Part shown: one piece after another, positions 12,560-26,030 of the stretch
Layout of the letters: every line of letters starts with the position of its first letter
Position numbering within the stretch: the first letter of the stretch is position 1
Source of the DNA: Octopus sinensis
Taxonomy: Eukaryota
DNA: 56,030 nt
NCBI RefSeq assembly: GCF_006345805.1
Contig: NW_021835374.1
Span: 1 to 56,030, forward strand
Direction of reading: 5' to 3'
Notes under the pieces: generated by a model
What the model was told of the DNA's origin: nothing
Databases searched by the model: none
What the model saw: only the letters and a program-made list of their open reading frames with translations
Program-made: the position numbers and the translations under genes

Positions 12560-13090
12560 GTAAATTGAAAGGAACGGTGAATTCATTGGCACCAGACTCA
12601 CAGCCCCAACCAGTGAAGCTTTCAATGTCACATATATTCTTGATCATCCCAACCATTTCTTGTAGAGAATACACCCGTCCACGTCGTTTCCTTGGTGAGT
12701 ACCAGTAAGTAAATCCGTATTATAAATACGCATCTTTGCCGCACTGTCATGTATATACAAGCGATAGTCAGTGCATTTTAGGAAGCTGGGCGTTGGGGCG
12801 TGTGCTGCGACGCGCTTTTGCAGTGCAAGCAGAACCTTAGACAAACCACCGGGCTGTGTTCTTACACATCAATCCGTGATAAGCGTCACTTAGTTTACAG
12901 GTGGATGTACTGTGGTACCCAGGAACAGTGATGAATGAATCAGTGAATCTGCTTCTGACATCCCTAGCTCACCACAAAATAAGGAAATTTGTGTCTCTAG
13001 TAGATGCTCTTCCCCGAAGAATTAGATAATATAGAATCCCTTCAATGGAGGACGCAGTGCAGAATATATCAGTCCGCGGTATAAAGAAAG
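12560..13090 (-). mobile_element. Possible decayed non-LTR retrotransposon APE endonuclease region
   Basis: One minus-strand frame with several stops reads ..LILRG..FLILW*..DSFITVPGYHS..HGL..; resembles the APE N-terminal NxRG / ExW / iPGY motifs. Confidence 0.35.
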
Positions 13091-13287
13091 AGGGACATGG
13101 CGGGGGTTCCTTTGATGACAAGTCGGCTCTATAACCCTAGCCCAGTTCTACATCACAACAAAGTACTACCACAACTACTATAACTGCCACCACCATCACC
13201 ACTACCACCGTCACCACAATCACTGCTACTACCATTACTACCACCACCATCACCACTACCACTACTACTACTACTACTTACATGCAT

Positions 13288-13398
13288 CGGTCGGCACGGG
13301 GCTATAATAGAAGACATTGGTCAAGATGACGCGCTCTGAAATTGAACCTGTAGCCGTGTGGTTGCAAGCGAAATTCTTAACCACACAGCCAAGCCTAC
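13288..13398 (-). mobile_element. Family A SINE head fragment, diverged
   Basis: gtcggcacggggctataatagaagac..ttaaccacacagcc is the reverse complement of the family A head/CORE-like segment. Confidence 0.7.
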
Positions 13399-13847
13399 AG
13401 GTAAATATTTCTTTTTTCCCAATTCACATTTATCTTATCGTTGATGTAGCTATTAAAGCGTAAACATCACAACTTTCCATTAGTTCTTCACACTTTACTG
13501 CGCCCTAACACCAACTAATCTTATTGTAAGTTTTCACATTGTGTACCGAGTCAAAAGAAATAGATATTGCTCTTCTCCTTGGAACATGTTTCGTCAACTG
13601 TTGTAGGAAGTCAAATCAACTATAATAAAACAATACGCGACAGTATAACACACCAAGACCAACCCTGCCGGCAGCACCAGCTTCGACAACATTGACGAAC
13701 AGTAACTGCTAATGTGGTGCGTTTGAGATAGTATCGACATCTAAAGAGTCAGATATGAATTATGGTACGTAGATCCAATGTTGGCTTTTGAAAAAAAATC
13801 CACCGTATATACAAACAAACATACATATACATACACACACACACCCG

Positions 13848-13878
<31 letters not shown>

Positions 13879-13964
13879 ACATACATAAATACATGCATAC
13901 ATAAATATATACATACACATCACATAATACGTACATTTATAGATATAGATACAGATATAGATAT

Positions 13965-14009
<45 letters not shown>

Positions 14010-15795
14010 TGTATACATATATACATTTATACATACATCAATGTACGTTTGAATGCATATGTATTTATGTTATATATATGCATGTATGTATATATGTATA
14101 TATATATATATGTATATGTGTGTATTTATATTTATGTCTAGATAATGAAAGGAAAAAATTATATGCAACAAAAAAACATTGTGAATAGTATTTTTCAGTA
14201 GGTAGCAACAGTTATTCACACACACCACACACACACACACACACAACACACACAACACACACAAACACACACCAATATATATATATATTAACACACAGAG
14301 AAATATATATATAATATATATATATATACCCGCAGAAATATATATATATTTATATATATATATATATATACAATAATACATACACAGAGACTATCGCACA
14401 TAGACATACCATACGAACGAACTCAGAAGCATGCACGCACCTATACACACACCGTTTTGCTGCGTCTAGGAATCAACGAAGATCATATCACAAATGAATC
14501 ACACTAGAAACGTATCCAATATATCATTCCATTTTATCACATGTGTATTATACATTAAATGCACGTGAATGTCGGGCTGTTTGTCTGTTTCTGAATGTCA
14601 TGATGACGACGACGACGGCGATGATGATGATGATTATATATATATATATATACATACATGTATATGTGTAAATATACATAGTCACACATCCATACTAAAT
14701 TTTTTCTCTATATATGCTTTCATAATTATATGTATATACATATACATGTAAATACAAACACACACATACATACATATATATATATATATGTATGTTTGTA
14801 TAATCATATATATACATATACATACATGCATACATGTATGGATATATAAATATATGCATATATATATGCAAACACAACACATATACATAAGACATATATA
14901 TATACGTGCATATAAATATATATATACATATATACACATGTATGTGTGTATGCATGTGTATGTATATGTATTATATATATATATATATAATATATTAATA
15001 TAATAATATATATATATATATATATAGATATATATATATATACGGATATATATATATAGTATGTATATATTATACACCCACACATATTTTCTCATACAAG
15101 TATCTTCTTTTTTCATCTGAAATAAGAATAGTTTGTGCGATTGTAAATGCGTATACATGTACATGCGCCTCTTTCTGATTATTTAAATGCTATTGCATAT
15201 GTATGCATTTAGCTATACATGCATACGTATGTCTAGGTGCGTGTTTGTATGTGTGTGTACTTTTGTGTATGTGAGTGTGCGTGCCTGTTCGTAAACTAAA
15301 TCACAAGTTTGGATTAATATATTCTAATACGTGAGTGCTTACGAATAATATGCGTAGGGGTTTACGTTTGGTTGTGACAGAACATACGTATCTGCTCTTA
15401 CGCGCATGTGTTCAACGGCTGTGTGAGTATGCACACACGTGCATATGTATGCATATATGTATGTGTGAGAATATGTATGCCACTCCGTGAGTGAAACAAT
15501 GGGCAGAGATGACAAAGAATGGGCAACCATTTACATAGAAATTCTGTTATCAATACTTGCTATCTATCGCACCTCTCAATGAACATGCGTTTTGTATGCC
15601 AACGACAAGCATATTACTTATAGGAGCACATGCATTTTTTATATGCATGACACGGTTGCATGATCGCACGTACACACACACATTTATATACAGTCATAGA
15701 TATGAGAGATATTTATATACATACATACATATGTGTATGTATGTATGTTTATAAATATCTCTCATTTATAAATGTATATATGCATTAGTCACTTA

Positions 15796-15838
<43 letters not shown>

Positions 15839-15932
15839 AAAATATATATAGTGTATGTGTGTATATGTATATGTATATGTAATATTGTCTGTGTGAATGT
15901 ATCATAAAGTGTATATAATGTGTGCAATATAT

Positions 15933-15970
<38 letters not shown>

Positions 15971-16029
15971 GTGAATGTGCGTATATATATATGTATATCA
16001 TATATATGATATGAATGCATGTATGTACG

Positions 16030-16061
<32 letters not shown>

Positions 16062-16529
16062 CATGTATGTATGTATGTATGCATGCATGTATGTACGTAT
16101 GTATGTATGTATGTACGTATATATATGTATGTATGCATGTATTACGTATGTATGCATGTATGCATAAGTATATGTATGAGTGTGCGTGTTTGTGCTTTTT
16201 TGTGCGTGTGCGTATGCGTGACAATGTTCTGATCTATACACCGGTAAACGAATCGATATAAATATATCGTACACCAGCGATCAATATACTATAAATTATG
16301 GGTGATACAGTCCCACACTTCAATGCTGCAATACTGAACTATCTGTTCGCCAGTTTTGTTTTGGTTTTACAAAAATAGTTATTATATATTTGCTTGCATT
16401 TGGTTTTTATTTTCGCTGTTGTCTATATTTTATTATTAACAAATGGCTACGTGTACTTCCCATGTCTGTATGAAGGTAAAAGTGCATACGTACATGTGTA
16501 CTCATATATATATATATAGACATAGTTAC

Positions 16530-16562
<33 letters not shown>

Positions 16563-16611
16563 TACATATATATATATGTGTGTGTATACACATATATATA
16601 TACACATACAT

Positions 16612-16697
<86 letters not shown>

Positions 16698-16710
16698 ATA
16701 TATATATATC

Positions 16711-16818
16711 TTGGCGCTCCGTCAGTCGGTTACAACGACGAGGGTTGCAGGTGATCCGACTAATAGAAGAGCCTGCTAGTGAAATTAATGTGCAAATGGC
16801 TGAGCACTCCACAGATAC
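16711..16818 (-). mobile_element. SINE/LINE 3' tail fragment (same tail as the family E copy at 31717-32035)
   Basis: ggcgctccgtcagtcggttacaacgacgagggtt..gagcctgctagtgaaattaatgtgcaaatggctgagcactccacaga is homologous to 31717-31820. Confidence 0.75.
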
Positions 16819-16953
16819 ATTATATTTATATGTATATGTATATCTATCTATATGTCTATATTTAAGATATATATGTACGTACGTAAATAGATATATGTAG
16901 CGAGAGAAACAGAGAGAGAGAGCAGAGTCAGCAGAAAGAAAGAAAGAAAGAAA

Positions 16954-17031
<78 letters not shown>

Positions 17032-17441
17032 GAGCGAGAGAGATGCACACGTACATAAGAAATACGCACAAACAAGCAAGCATTGACCAACCAATAAGGG
17101 AGAGAGTTCAAATCTGCTAAAGCTGCCAGGAACAGCAATCACAATTCCAACGAATTGACATTTTACGGTCTAAAAGACGGTGCATATTCTACAAATTTAG
17201 TTTGGGAAATAAACAAAAAAAAAACTCGACGAGTTTGACACGGGTGGAACGAAACTGATCATAGCATTGCTGTATCCGAATTTATCTGCAGATAACTAGC
17301 AACAAATGTGTATATTCGAAGGGTACTTTTTGTCGTCGAATATAGAAGAGCGAGTGTAAAACATTTGCAGTGTGGAAGGTGTTTATAAGCCATTTAAGAA
17401 ACACACAAAACCGTTAGATTCACTTCAACTTTTAAATTTAA

Positions 17442-17492
17442 TTTGTCAAAATATTTTCGTCGCTTTGAGACCGCGACCTGTTCACTGACAAA
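17442..17492 (-). ncRNA. Predicted minimal hammerhead ribozyme with G3:C8 covariant core
   Basis: Minus strand: UUUGUCA-GUGAACA-G-GUCGC-GGUCUCAAA-GCGAC-GAAA-AUAUU-U-UGACAAA. Perfect 7-bp stem I, 5-bp stem II, GAAA, palindromic stem III AAUAUU and a UUU site. Confidence 0.65.
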
Positions 17493-17777
17493 GCTTTGTG
17501 CTGCATCTCAGATCAAGTCACTCGCTATGCAAGTACATCACCGTAATGTAAAACATGTTTTAATGTAAATAGTTTATTTAAAATAAATTCCTTTACTATG
17601 AATCGAGTCTCGTGTGACAGAGTTTGTCAGGCATGCAACGCAAGTTGCAAGAAAGGAATTCAGTTTAAATACGCAATGTAGTTACATAGATGGGTACACT
17701 CTAACAGAGATTACATATAAGCATATATGCATATGTTGCATTGTACATAAGTTTCGTTGGACAAACAGGAAAAGTAG

Positions 17778-17827
<50 letters not shown>

Positions 17828-17989
17828 ATATAAATAATGAGGGAGATAAATAATATTAATTTTAATATCAATTAAAACCAGTAGTCTAGCATACAAAAAT
17901 CTGAGAAATGTGTATATTGGCAGGGCAAGACTGCTAGGTAGTCGGCCGTATGCTAGAAATAGATCATCAACGATCAAGCTACAAAGAAA

Positions 17990-18112
17990 ATTCTCTAGAG
18001 GAGAAATTCAGCGAACACCAGAACCAAATTTGGCGGGCAGGACAGATGAAAATTTATATAGTCTGCCCGTCAAATTTGGTTCTGGTGTTCGCTGAATTCT
18101 CCTCTAGAGAAT
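17990..18112. repeat. Fold-back inverted repeat, ~53-bp arms and ~17-nt loop
   Basis: attctctagaggagaaattcagcgaacaccagaaccaaatttggcgggcag pairs with ctgcccgtcaaatttggttctggtgttcgctgaattctcctctagagaat. Confidence 0.92.
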
Positions 18113-18123
18113 ATATATATATA

Positions 18124-18490
18124 CTAGCAGTATCGCCCGGCGTTGCTCAGGTTTGTAGGGAAATAACTATAAAGCATTTTTAGAGAGTTATAGCCAAAAA
18201 ATAGCAAAAAAATGATGGTAAATTTTTTTGAGTTAAAAAAGGTTGAGTGCGTCCCCTAGACAGTCTGTGGTTTGTTTCTGATTCTCGACCCCATGTCGAT
18301 TTTATCGATTTTTTTCAGAACTGGGGGAACTTTTCAAAATTTTCGCTGCGTTAGTTTTGAATTATGACATTGGGCTATGTGTGTGTGAAGTTTCATCAGA
18401 ATCGGTTGAAAGCCGTGGTCAGGGTGAGGGTACAAGCAAACAGACACACAGAAACACGCACAGACAAACTGCCGTTTATATATAGAGAGA
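18124..18490 (-). mobile_element. Non-autonomous Helitron-like element
   Basis: Minus strand: A|TCTCTCTATATATAAACGG...GCAACGCCGGGCGATACTG-CTAG|T. Shows 5' TC, a short GC hairpin, 3' CTAG and insertion between A and T with no TSD; near-identical copy at 39143-39509. Confidence 0.8.
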
Positions 18491-18706
18491 TATATAAATT
18501 TTAAATTAAATAATGAGGGTAGATAATTGATATCAATCAACTTAACATCAATTTAAACCAGTGGTCTAGCATGTTCCAAAAATTCCGAAGATTTAAAAAT
18601 TATATTACAATTAATAAGAGGAAAGTGGATTCCTATACGCTAGAGATAGACGTCAAATCGCCTTACCACAAAGAGTGTGTTCTCAAGAAGAAAAAAATAG
18701 CAAACG

Positions 18707-18811
18707 CCAAAATGTAAAATATAAGCAAGGCAAATGAAAATTTACAAAATAAAACCATTACCTACGTATCATGATTTCATTTCATTTGCCTTGCTTTTTT
18801 TTACATTTTGG
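18707..18811. repeat. Imperfect inverted repeat, ~33-bp arms
   Basis: ccaaaatgtaaaatataagcaaggcaaatgaaa pairs with tttcatttgccttgcttttttttacattttgg. Confidence 0.75.
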
Positions 18812-18920
18812 GTTTTAATTACATTGGGTGTTAATTGCCGCTTCTTGGGGTGCTATTAACAGCGTTTCAGATCCCCTCTGAACAAAATGTCCAATCAACA
18901 TAATTCATACGCGTGATATT

Positions 18921-18974
<54 letters not shown>

Positions 18975-19017
18975 GTACATACATACTATATTTACATATA
19001 TATATATATACATATAC

Positions 19018-19065
<48 letters not shown>

Positions 19066-19253
19066 AATATATATATACATACATAAAGTGTATACATACA
19101 TATTGTAGGGGAGGTAAGAAGAAAAATACGTGAAAAAGCACATTGGAAATCAAAGAAGTAAAGGCTTTTTATGAAAAGTAACGATAGATATATACAATTA
19201 GATGAACTGAGGTAGTAATAAAAGTCATTATTGTGAATTGTTAAAGAGATTTA

Positions 19254-19292
19254 AAAGCTTACCGGTTTCGTAAAATTACTAATCATTGCTTT
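19254..19292 (-). ncRNA. Degenerate PLE-type hammerhead motif
   Basis: Minus strand: AAAGCA-AUGAUUA-GUAA-UU-UUAC-GAAAC-CG-GUA-AGCUUU. The core has two changes from CUGAUGA, stem III is ACCGGU, and stems I and II can form. Confidence 0.45.
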
Positions 19293-19444
19293 GAATGCAC
19301 ACCGATTACATATATATACATACATATGTATAGGTATGTATATACATATGTGTGTGTGTGTGTGTGTGTATATATATACACGTGTGTGTATGTGTATAAG
19401 GGTGGCTTGTTCGCTATTTTACAACCGAAAGGCAGAAATATATA

Positions 19445-19600
19445 CGTCACAATGTATATCAGGAAGCAAAACTGATGCTATGAATTATAGGTTTTTTTCT
19501 CTGGCCTCACACATCAGCAAAGTCATGGAACGAACAGACCGCAGAAAACGAGTGGCTGCGTTCCTTGAAGAGAATGACTTTACCCAGCACGGTGTCAGTC
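19445..19600 (+). mobile_element. CR1-clade LINE reverse transcriptase fragment
   Basis: GSKTDAMNYRFFSLASHISKVMER..AFLEENDFTQHG matches the non-LTR RT NYRPISLTS..K.MER ... QHGF region. Confidence 0.82.
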
Positions 19601-20344
19601 AGTATGTCAGGCAAAAGTAAGGCTACATTACAGCATAGTAAGATTTCCTGAACCTTTACCAATCTATTCGTGCCCTTGTCATGTCTTATTGGTATTATTA
19701 TAGCAAGGCAAGTTAATGTCTTCGATTTAGTTCCATAGATTAAATTACTTCTTGATTTAACGATAAAAATATTAGATTAAAATAAGTCAGTGGCAACAAG
19801 TAACAAGTGTATTGCAAAAGATTTAGATTTCAAAGATGTCTGCCCTTTTAATCTTATCTCCATCGACTGATATCGTCTTGAAATCAAACAATGGAGAAAA
19901 AATATTTCAAATCAAATTATTTATAATATGATTCAATAAAAAATTTCAAAACCTTTTTTTAGTTTTCGAAAAATACGCGAAATTTCCTACGCATAGTGCG
20001 TAGTATGTATGTATGTATGTATGTATGTATGTATGTATGTATGTATGTATGTATGTATGTATGTATGTATGTCATTGTACAGTTTTATTTCAAGATTTCT
20101 TGCCAATAGAGGAAGAGCTGGTTTCAAACCCAGATTCAAGGCTCCTTCATTGGAATTCCAACATCAACAACAGGATATTTTTATATGTATATATATATGT
20201 GCAGATTTGTATGTTTTGTTTTATGTATGTATTATCATATATATAGCTGCATATCTAGACATGCTCATATACTCTTTTTACTCTTTTACGTGTTTCAGTC
20301 ATTTGACTGTGGTCATGCTGGAGCACCACCTTTAAAATAAATAA

Positions 20345-20565
20345 ATGTACCCTTTTAAAGCCTAGCCAGGCTCATGGGCCCGTCTTCCCGGTTTCAATGG
20401 CGTATGTGTTCCCCAGCTGGACGGGACGCCAGTCCATCGCTGCGTTACTCATTTTTGCCAGCTGAGTGGACTGGAGCAACGTGAAATGAAGTGTTTTGCT
20501 CAAGAACACAACGCGTCGCCCGGTCCAGGAATCGAAACCACAATCTTACGATCATGATGCTGACT
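20345..20565 (-). mobile_element. tRNA-head SINE (family E) with V-domain-like tail
   Basis: Minus strand: gtggtttcgattcctggacc..gtgttcttgagcaaaacac..ccactcagctggcaaaaa then gatggactggcgtcccgtccag..gaaaccggg. The tail resembles the V-SINE domain (from memory). Confidence 0.75.
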
Positions 20566-22298
20566 GTAGCTCAAATAATTTGTTAACTTAAAATAAAGAT
20601 TGTGATAAAATTCACGCCCTCATTATTATATTTTTATGCTGTATTGATTTTTATTGGTTATAGGTTTTTGTTGGGGCTTGAGGATGCTCTTTAGATGTAC
20701 TAAATTACAACCATTTAAAATGCACTTGGTGTTCTGATTAACGGAAGAAGTGACTGTGAAAAATTCGAGGAATAATAGAGCATAGACAACTCGATTTTTA
20801 GCACTCAGATTTTTTGTCTCAGTACTTTTATGTTGCTTTATCGTCCTTCTTGTGTATGCCCTTTGTTGACCGAAGATTTCGGAGTCTAGCACTGTACATA
20901 ACATTGATTCCTATATAACAGTTTTGTTTTGTTAAAACTTTGGTCCACTTCGTATCATTTCAGTTAATATACTCGATGCTACAAAATGCGCACTAATAAA
21001 CGATGCTTTCTATTGATTTGTGGTAATTGTTACGATACTTGTTTAGCGCAAGGACAAACCTGATCAAATAAAACTGTAGTCATCAACCACAAACCCAAGA
21101 TTATTTTTAGATATATCTAGGACTGCATTGTCCAATGTTTTCTGTTTAAAAGTGTGTGATTTGAGAGGGACATGAGTGCAATTTCTAATAAATCAAACGT
21201 TTGTCTATGGCGCTTCTAACTTCGGGATAATTTTATTATATGGCCCAGGTCAGTCGTGAACAAACAGTTATTCTAGGCCATTCAAACTTTGCTAATCTAC
21301 TCTTGGTGTTACTGTTTCCGACACTGAGCATCTTTGACTACATAATATAGTGTGTTTTCCATTTTTGAGATTTGGTTATGATTTCTAGCGTATCAGACAA
21401 CTACTGAAAGGCACTCCTCCTTTCATTGCATCAAAATAGAAGAAGTTATTACCATAGCTGCTAGTGTTACTAATGTTACTTTCAGCTCATAAAAGAAAAG
21501 ATTAAAAGAAAACAGTTTATTAGTATTTTTATTGTGTATACATCACTGTTAAAAATCTGTCTTTACTTCAGCCATTTTGCTATTTTACAGACTTCATAGT
21601 TATTATAATCTTGAAACTGCTGTGGCTGCTGCTGCTGCTACTGCTACTGCTGCTATTGCTGCTATTGCTGCTGTTATTGTTATAACTGCTGCTGACATTG
21701 CTGCTGTCATCACCACCAACAATGGGTATTTATCCTGCCACTAACCTTATTGTTACTTCTAACGGTAGCAAGACTTTAATTCCTTTCGTTTTTGTTTTGT
21801 TCTCTTATAGCGCTTCCTGAGAACTAAATACATTTTTGATTTTATATTTTCCTCTATTACCAATCTTTCACCACTGGTAATCGATTTCTCTATCGATATG
21901 TTCAATAATGCCGTGAAAGTTTTTGGCAATATTTCATTTTCGATTAGTTAATTTATTAATTTTCCCTTTAAAAAAGAATCAAAGAGATAAATTGAAGAAA
22001 CACAACAAAGAAATAACCAAAATTATTTAAAAAAAACTAAACAAAGAAGTAAAATTATTGCAAGTTAAACATTATTTCTGATCTGTGAAAGGATAATTGA
22101 TGACATATCGAACAGTCTTGCTGTATTCTTACTAATAACACTTCAATAATGATCTAATAACATACAGCTATCATAAATAGATATATAATAACTTCGGTTA
22201 TCAAAAAGGCAAGAAAGTTCGCATGTGTGTGAGTGCGTTTTTATTTTTTCTCGCTCTGTTTTTTATTTTTATCTCCATTTTTTTTTTTCCTCTCAGTC

Positions 22299-22334
22299 CT
22301 TTATATCGAAGAGCGTTGGCTCGAAACGTCGAAC
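22299..22334 (+). ncRNA. Degenerate copy of the A6U hammerhead family
   Basis: AUAUCGA-A-GAGC-GUUG-GCUC-GAAAC-GUC, within a ~190-bp repeat (~22230-22420) homologous to ~47040-47240. Confidence 0.4.
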
Positions 22335-22889
22335 ACTTTTCCATCCTTCCTGAGCGTTAAGCTAATACACTTGCTTGTTGTTCCCTCACTTGTCTTCGTC
22401 TTTTGTTTCTGTAAATTTGAATAATACATACATACAGACAAACATGCATACAACTCTCCACAAATTTTATATTTTCAAAATTTTTGGATGCTGCTGTCCT
22501 ACGAAGGTTTCCTGTCTTGTCGTTAATAGCACGAAACAGGGAGTAATATTACAGTCGACGACTGAGGAGGGGTTAGACTTCCTTTAGCATTTTGTCCCGT
22601 ACTTATCTCACGTAGTGTGTGTGCGCATTTTTCACTCGTTGATGATGTCCTGTCCTTAATGTGTATTTTTTTCATTTATATATATATTTGTATGTATATA
22701 TCGTCAATGTATCATATATCCGATAAAGAAACAATCTAAAGTACACATCGACGACAACCACAGTGAGAGCAGCCACACCGGCATCACTGGACCTGTGCAT
22801 GTTAATGATAACTACAATGATGCCAGCCCCAACCTCACCGGTAGCAACAACAATATCCCCAGGCTCGAAGCCAACCGAAGATGCACCAG

Positions 22890-23570
22890 GAATGTGAACG
22901 CAACCAACACCCAAGCCTGGAAACATCTCGGGTCGGACGGAAAGTCCTTCAAGCGACGCCTGTACAATCTCAGGTCCCCCTTCAGGGTCCCGAAAAGACG
23001 ATTCGTCACATCCCTGACCAGACATGTATGGCGCTTCAACGACGAAGGGACACTGTACGATATTAAGTGGAAAATCTTGGAGCGGCCGGGACCCGACATC
23101 AACGGGATCGTACGCTGCAAGCTTGCATAGCTGAGCGACCTAGGATACTCAGAGACACCCTGAAACCAAGGTTACTGAAAACACACCAAGAAATCTTCGC
23201 ACCATGCATCCATTTCAAGCGCTACCTGCTGCTTGCATGGGATTTCCCGTTCGCTAACTAAGCCCAGAAGGGTCCTTATGATCCCAAAACAGCCCAAGGG
23301 ATAAATTCCTTGTTCCCCGTCTCTCAGCCCAAAAATGACTGTTGTAGGGGAGATAACCTGTCCTCACTGACGTAGAACTATTTATCCTTTGTTAACCAAA
23401 TGACCATTGACCGCAACAGATTTGTGCCTCCCAGACGAGAAAAGTTGAATTTGTCTTCGAAATAGCCTGTGATTGGTCGTCTGCGAAGTTACAGCCTTCG
23501 TGGATGCGAAACCATTGGTCACTCTATGACCAGACATTAAATTTATTGTTTAATAATAGTAATAATATAC
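22890..23570 (+). mobile_element. Penelope-like element 3' remnant: GIY-YIG endonuclease C-terminal part plus terminal region
   Basis: KHLGSDGKSFKRRLYNLRSPF..TSLTRHVW..YDIKWKILE..RCKL[C]IAERPRIL..EIFAPCIHFKRYLL*; one missing T near 23123 joins ORFs 22795-23130 and 23067-23261. Followed by an HHR-like gcgaaaccattggtcactc (23506-23524) and (TA)n. Confidence 0.85.
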
Positions 23571-23581
23571 ATCTATATATT

Positions 23582-23667
<86 letters not shown>

Positions 23668-23829
23668 GGTATGTATATATACGCATATATTATATATATG
23701 TATATCTTGGAATATATTCATATTCCAAGGTATTTAAGTATATATGCCTACATATAATGCATACATACATACATATATATATAAATACATAAATACATAC
23801 ATACATACATACATACATACATACATACA

Positions 23830-23863
<34 letters not shown>

Positions 23864-24009
23864 CATACATACATACATACGTACGTACGTACACACATAC
23901 ATTAATACACTAAAATATATACATAATCGGAAAAGACCCGCACACATCTTTCTGTGCAATTCCTAAATACAACAATTTATAATATATGTGTGCTCGTATG
24001 TCTGCGTTT

Positions 24010-24055
<46 letters not shown>

Positions 24056-24259
24056 ATTTGCGTAATGTGTGTATGTGTGGGATGGGAATGTAAGGTCTTA
24101 CAGGTTTGTATACATATACCAATGAAAACGAGAAAGAAATAGACAGACTGAGTGACAATCAGACCGGCAAATAAATAAGATAGACAGACAGACAGACAGA
24201 CAGACAAATAAACAGATAAACAGATATATAGAGAAATAGACAGACACAGATACGTGGAT

Positions 24260-24316
<57 letters not shown>

Positions 24317-24417
24317 CATAGATAGATAGATAGATAGACAGATACATACATACATACATACATACAGAGACAGACAAATAGTCAAAGAGACAGACAGATA
24401 GATAAATAGACAGACGC

Positions 24418-24462
<45 letters not shown>

Positions 24463-25056
24463 TAGATAGATAGATAGATAAAATAGTTCGTTTCCTGAAC
24501 CTCAAATGCAATAAAATGAGCGCAAGTCAATGTTATGCGAGTAAAAATGTAATGACTGTCTTCAGCGGTGGAATAAATTTTTATTACATGCCTTAACCAA
24601 AGACGCGATGCAACGCTTGCCTCAGGATACGCATTACTGGATCCTACGGCAAGACATATTCTACCACTCCACGAACGTAGGTATATGCCTTATTCCCTTC
24701 TCTCTCCCTCTCTCTATCTATCTATATCTCTTTCTCTCTCTTTCGCTCCCTCCTCTCTCTCTATCTATCCATCTTTCTCTTTCACTTTTAAACATGCTTT
24801 TATGTAATGCAGTTAGCGTATTATATTAAACATCTTACTTAATCCTTACTTTCCCCAGTGTTGAGTCTTGAATCCTTTTATACTAAATTAATTAAATAAC
24901 AAACTGCTCTGTATTTCGAACTAATTTTTGTGAGATTAGAGATACAGAGAAAGAGAGTCCGGCAGGCCATCAGATTGATAGATACATGCATACATATGTA
25001 TGTATATATATATATTATATATATATATATATTAATATATATATATATATATATAC

Positions 25057-25167
<111 letters not shown>

Positions 25168-25185
25168 GATAGAATATATAGATAT

Positions 25186-26030
25186 GTTTCTTTATTGGCC
25201 ACACAGGGCTGAAGACAGGGGAAAAATACAAAGTAGAGCCTTTCTTTTTGGGAAGAGAAGAAGGAAAAAAAGAAGGAGGTAGAAATTCGATGAAAAGGGA
25301 TCGTTAAAAAAACGGCCGATCAATATGGATCGTGTATCACAGAAATGTCATAGTGTAAAAAGAGGAAACAGATTAGTTTTATCCGAGGAAAGAAGGCCAA
25401 GGGGAAAAGACCACGGCAACCTCGGGCAATAATGTCATGCAAAAGAAAATGCATTACAGTAAGTGACTCTCTTTTTTCCTTTTTTCTTTTTTTGGTTCGT
25501 ACGATTATGCTCAAGGTGGCTTCGTCATTCATACGTGCCATCCTTGCTACATTCACCCATCTTTTATTGAAGCATTCATTAGACAAAAAATCCCTCTCTA
25601 CTCTCACCTTCCGCTTCAAGTAATACTTGAAGAAGTTGATGAGAGACTCACCGGAGAGGAAAGTGTTTTTCTTTAGACCTTTCAGACGCGTCCACCATAC
25701 ATATTCTTTCGCCATAGCCACAAGTGCGATGAAAATGGCCCTTCCTTCTCGTTTCAAGGAAGGAGGCGAGACAATAATCACGATAGATTCGGCTGATAAA
25801 CTAACTCGTCCCACAAGCGATAGCAGTCGTTCAACATAGGCCCACAGGTCGGAAATGGTTGGACACTGCATCTCGGGCAGGTCGGTCCTGGGTTTCTCGA
25901 GCCATGCCTGTAGAGCTAATCCCGAACGGGTAGCGCTTCTCGTTAGCACTGCCAGGCCAGGGATCTCTGAAAGCGAGAGCGATGCCGTGCAGCCTCAACG
26001 GTAACGAAGGCCCGAAAGAAATATAGTAGT
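25186..26030 (-). mobile_element. 5'-truncated L1/Tx1-clade LINE (ORF2 C-terminal zinc-finger region plus 3' UTR)
   Basis: FQRSLAWQC..ALPVRD.LYRHG..CPRC (frameshift/deletion) QCPTISDLWAYVE..LVAMAKEYVWWTR..RKVRVER..KRW; AATAAA on the minus strand at 25196-25191, abutting (GATA)n. Confidence 0.85.

Noticed and set aside
24603-24690. Possible exon or LINE RT fragment (minus strand YVRGVVEY..DP)
   Set aside because: Short and ambiguous across several frames; cannot be told from chance.
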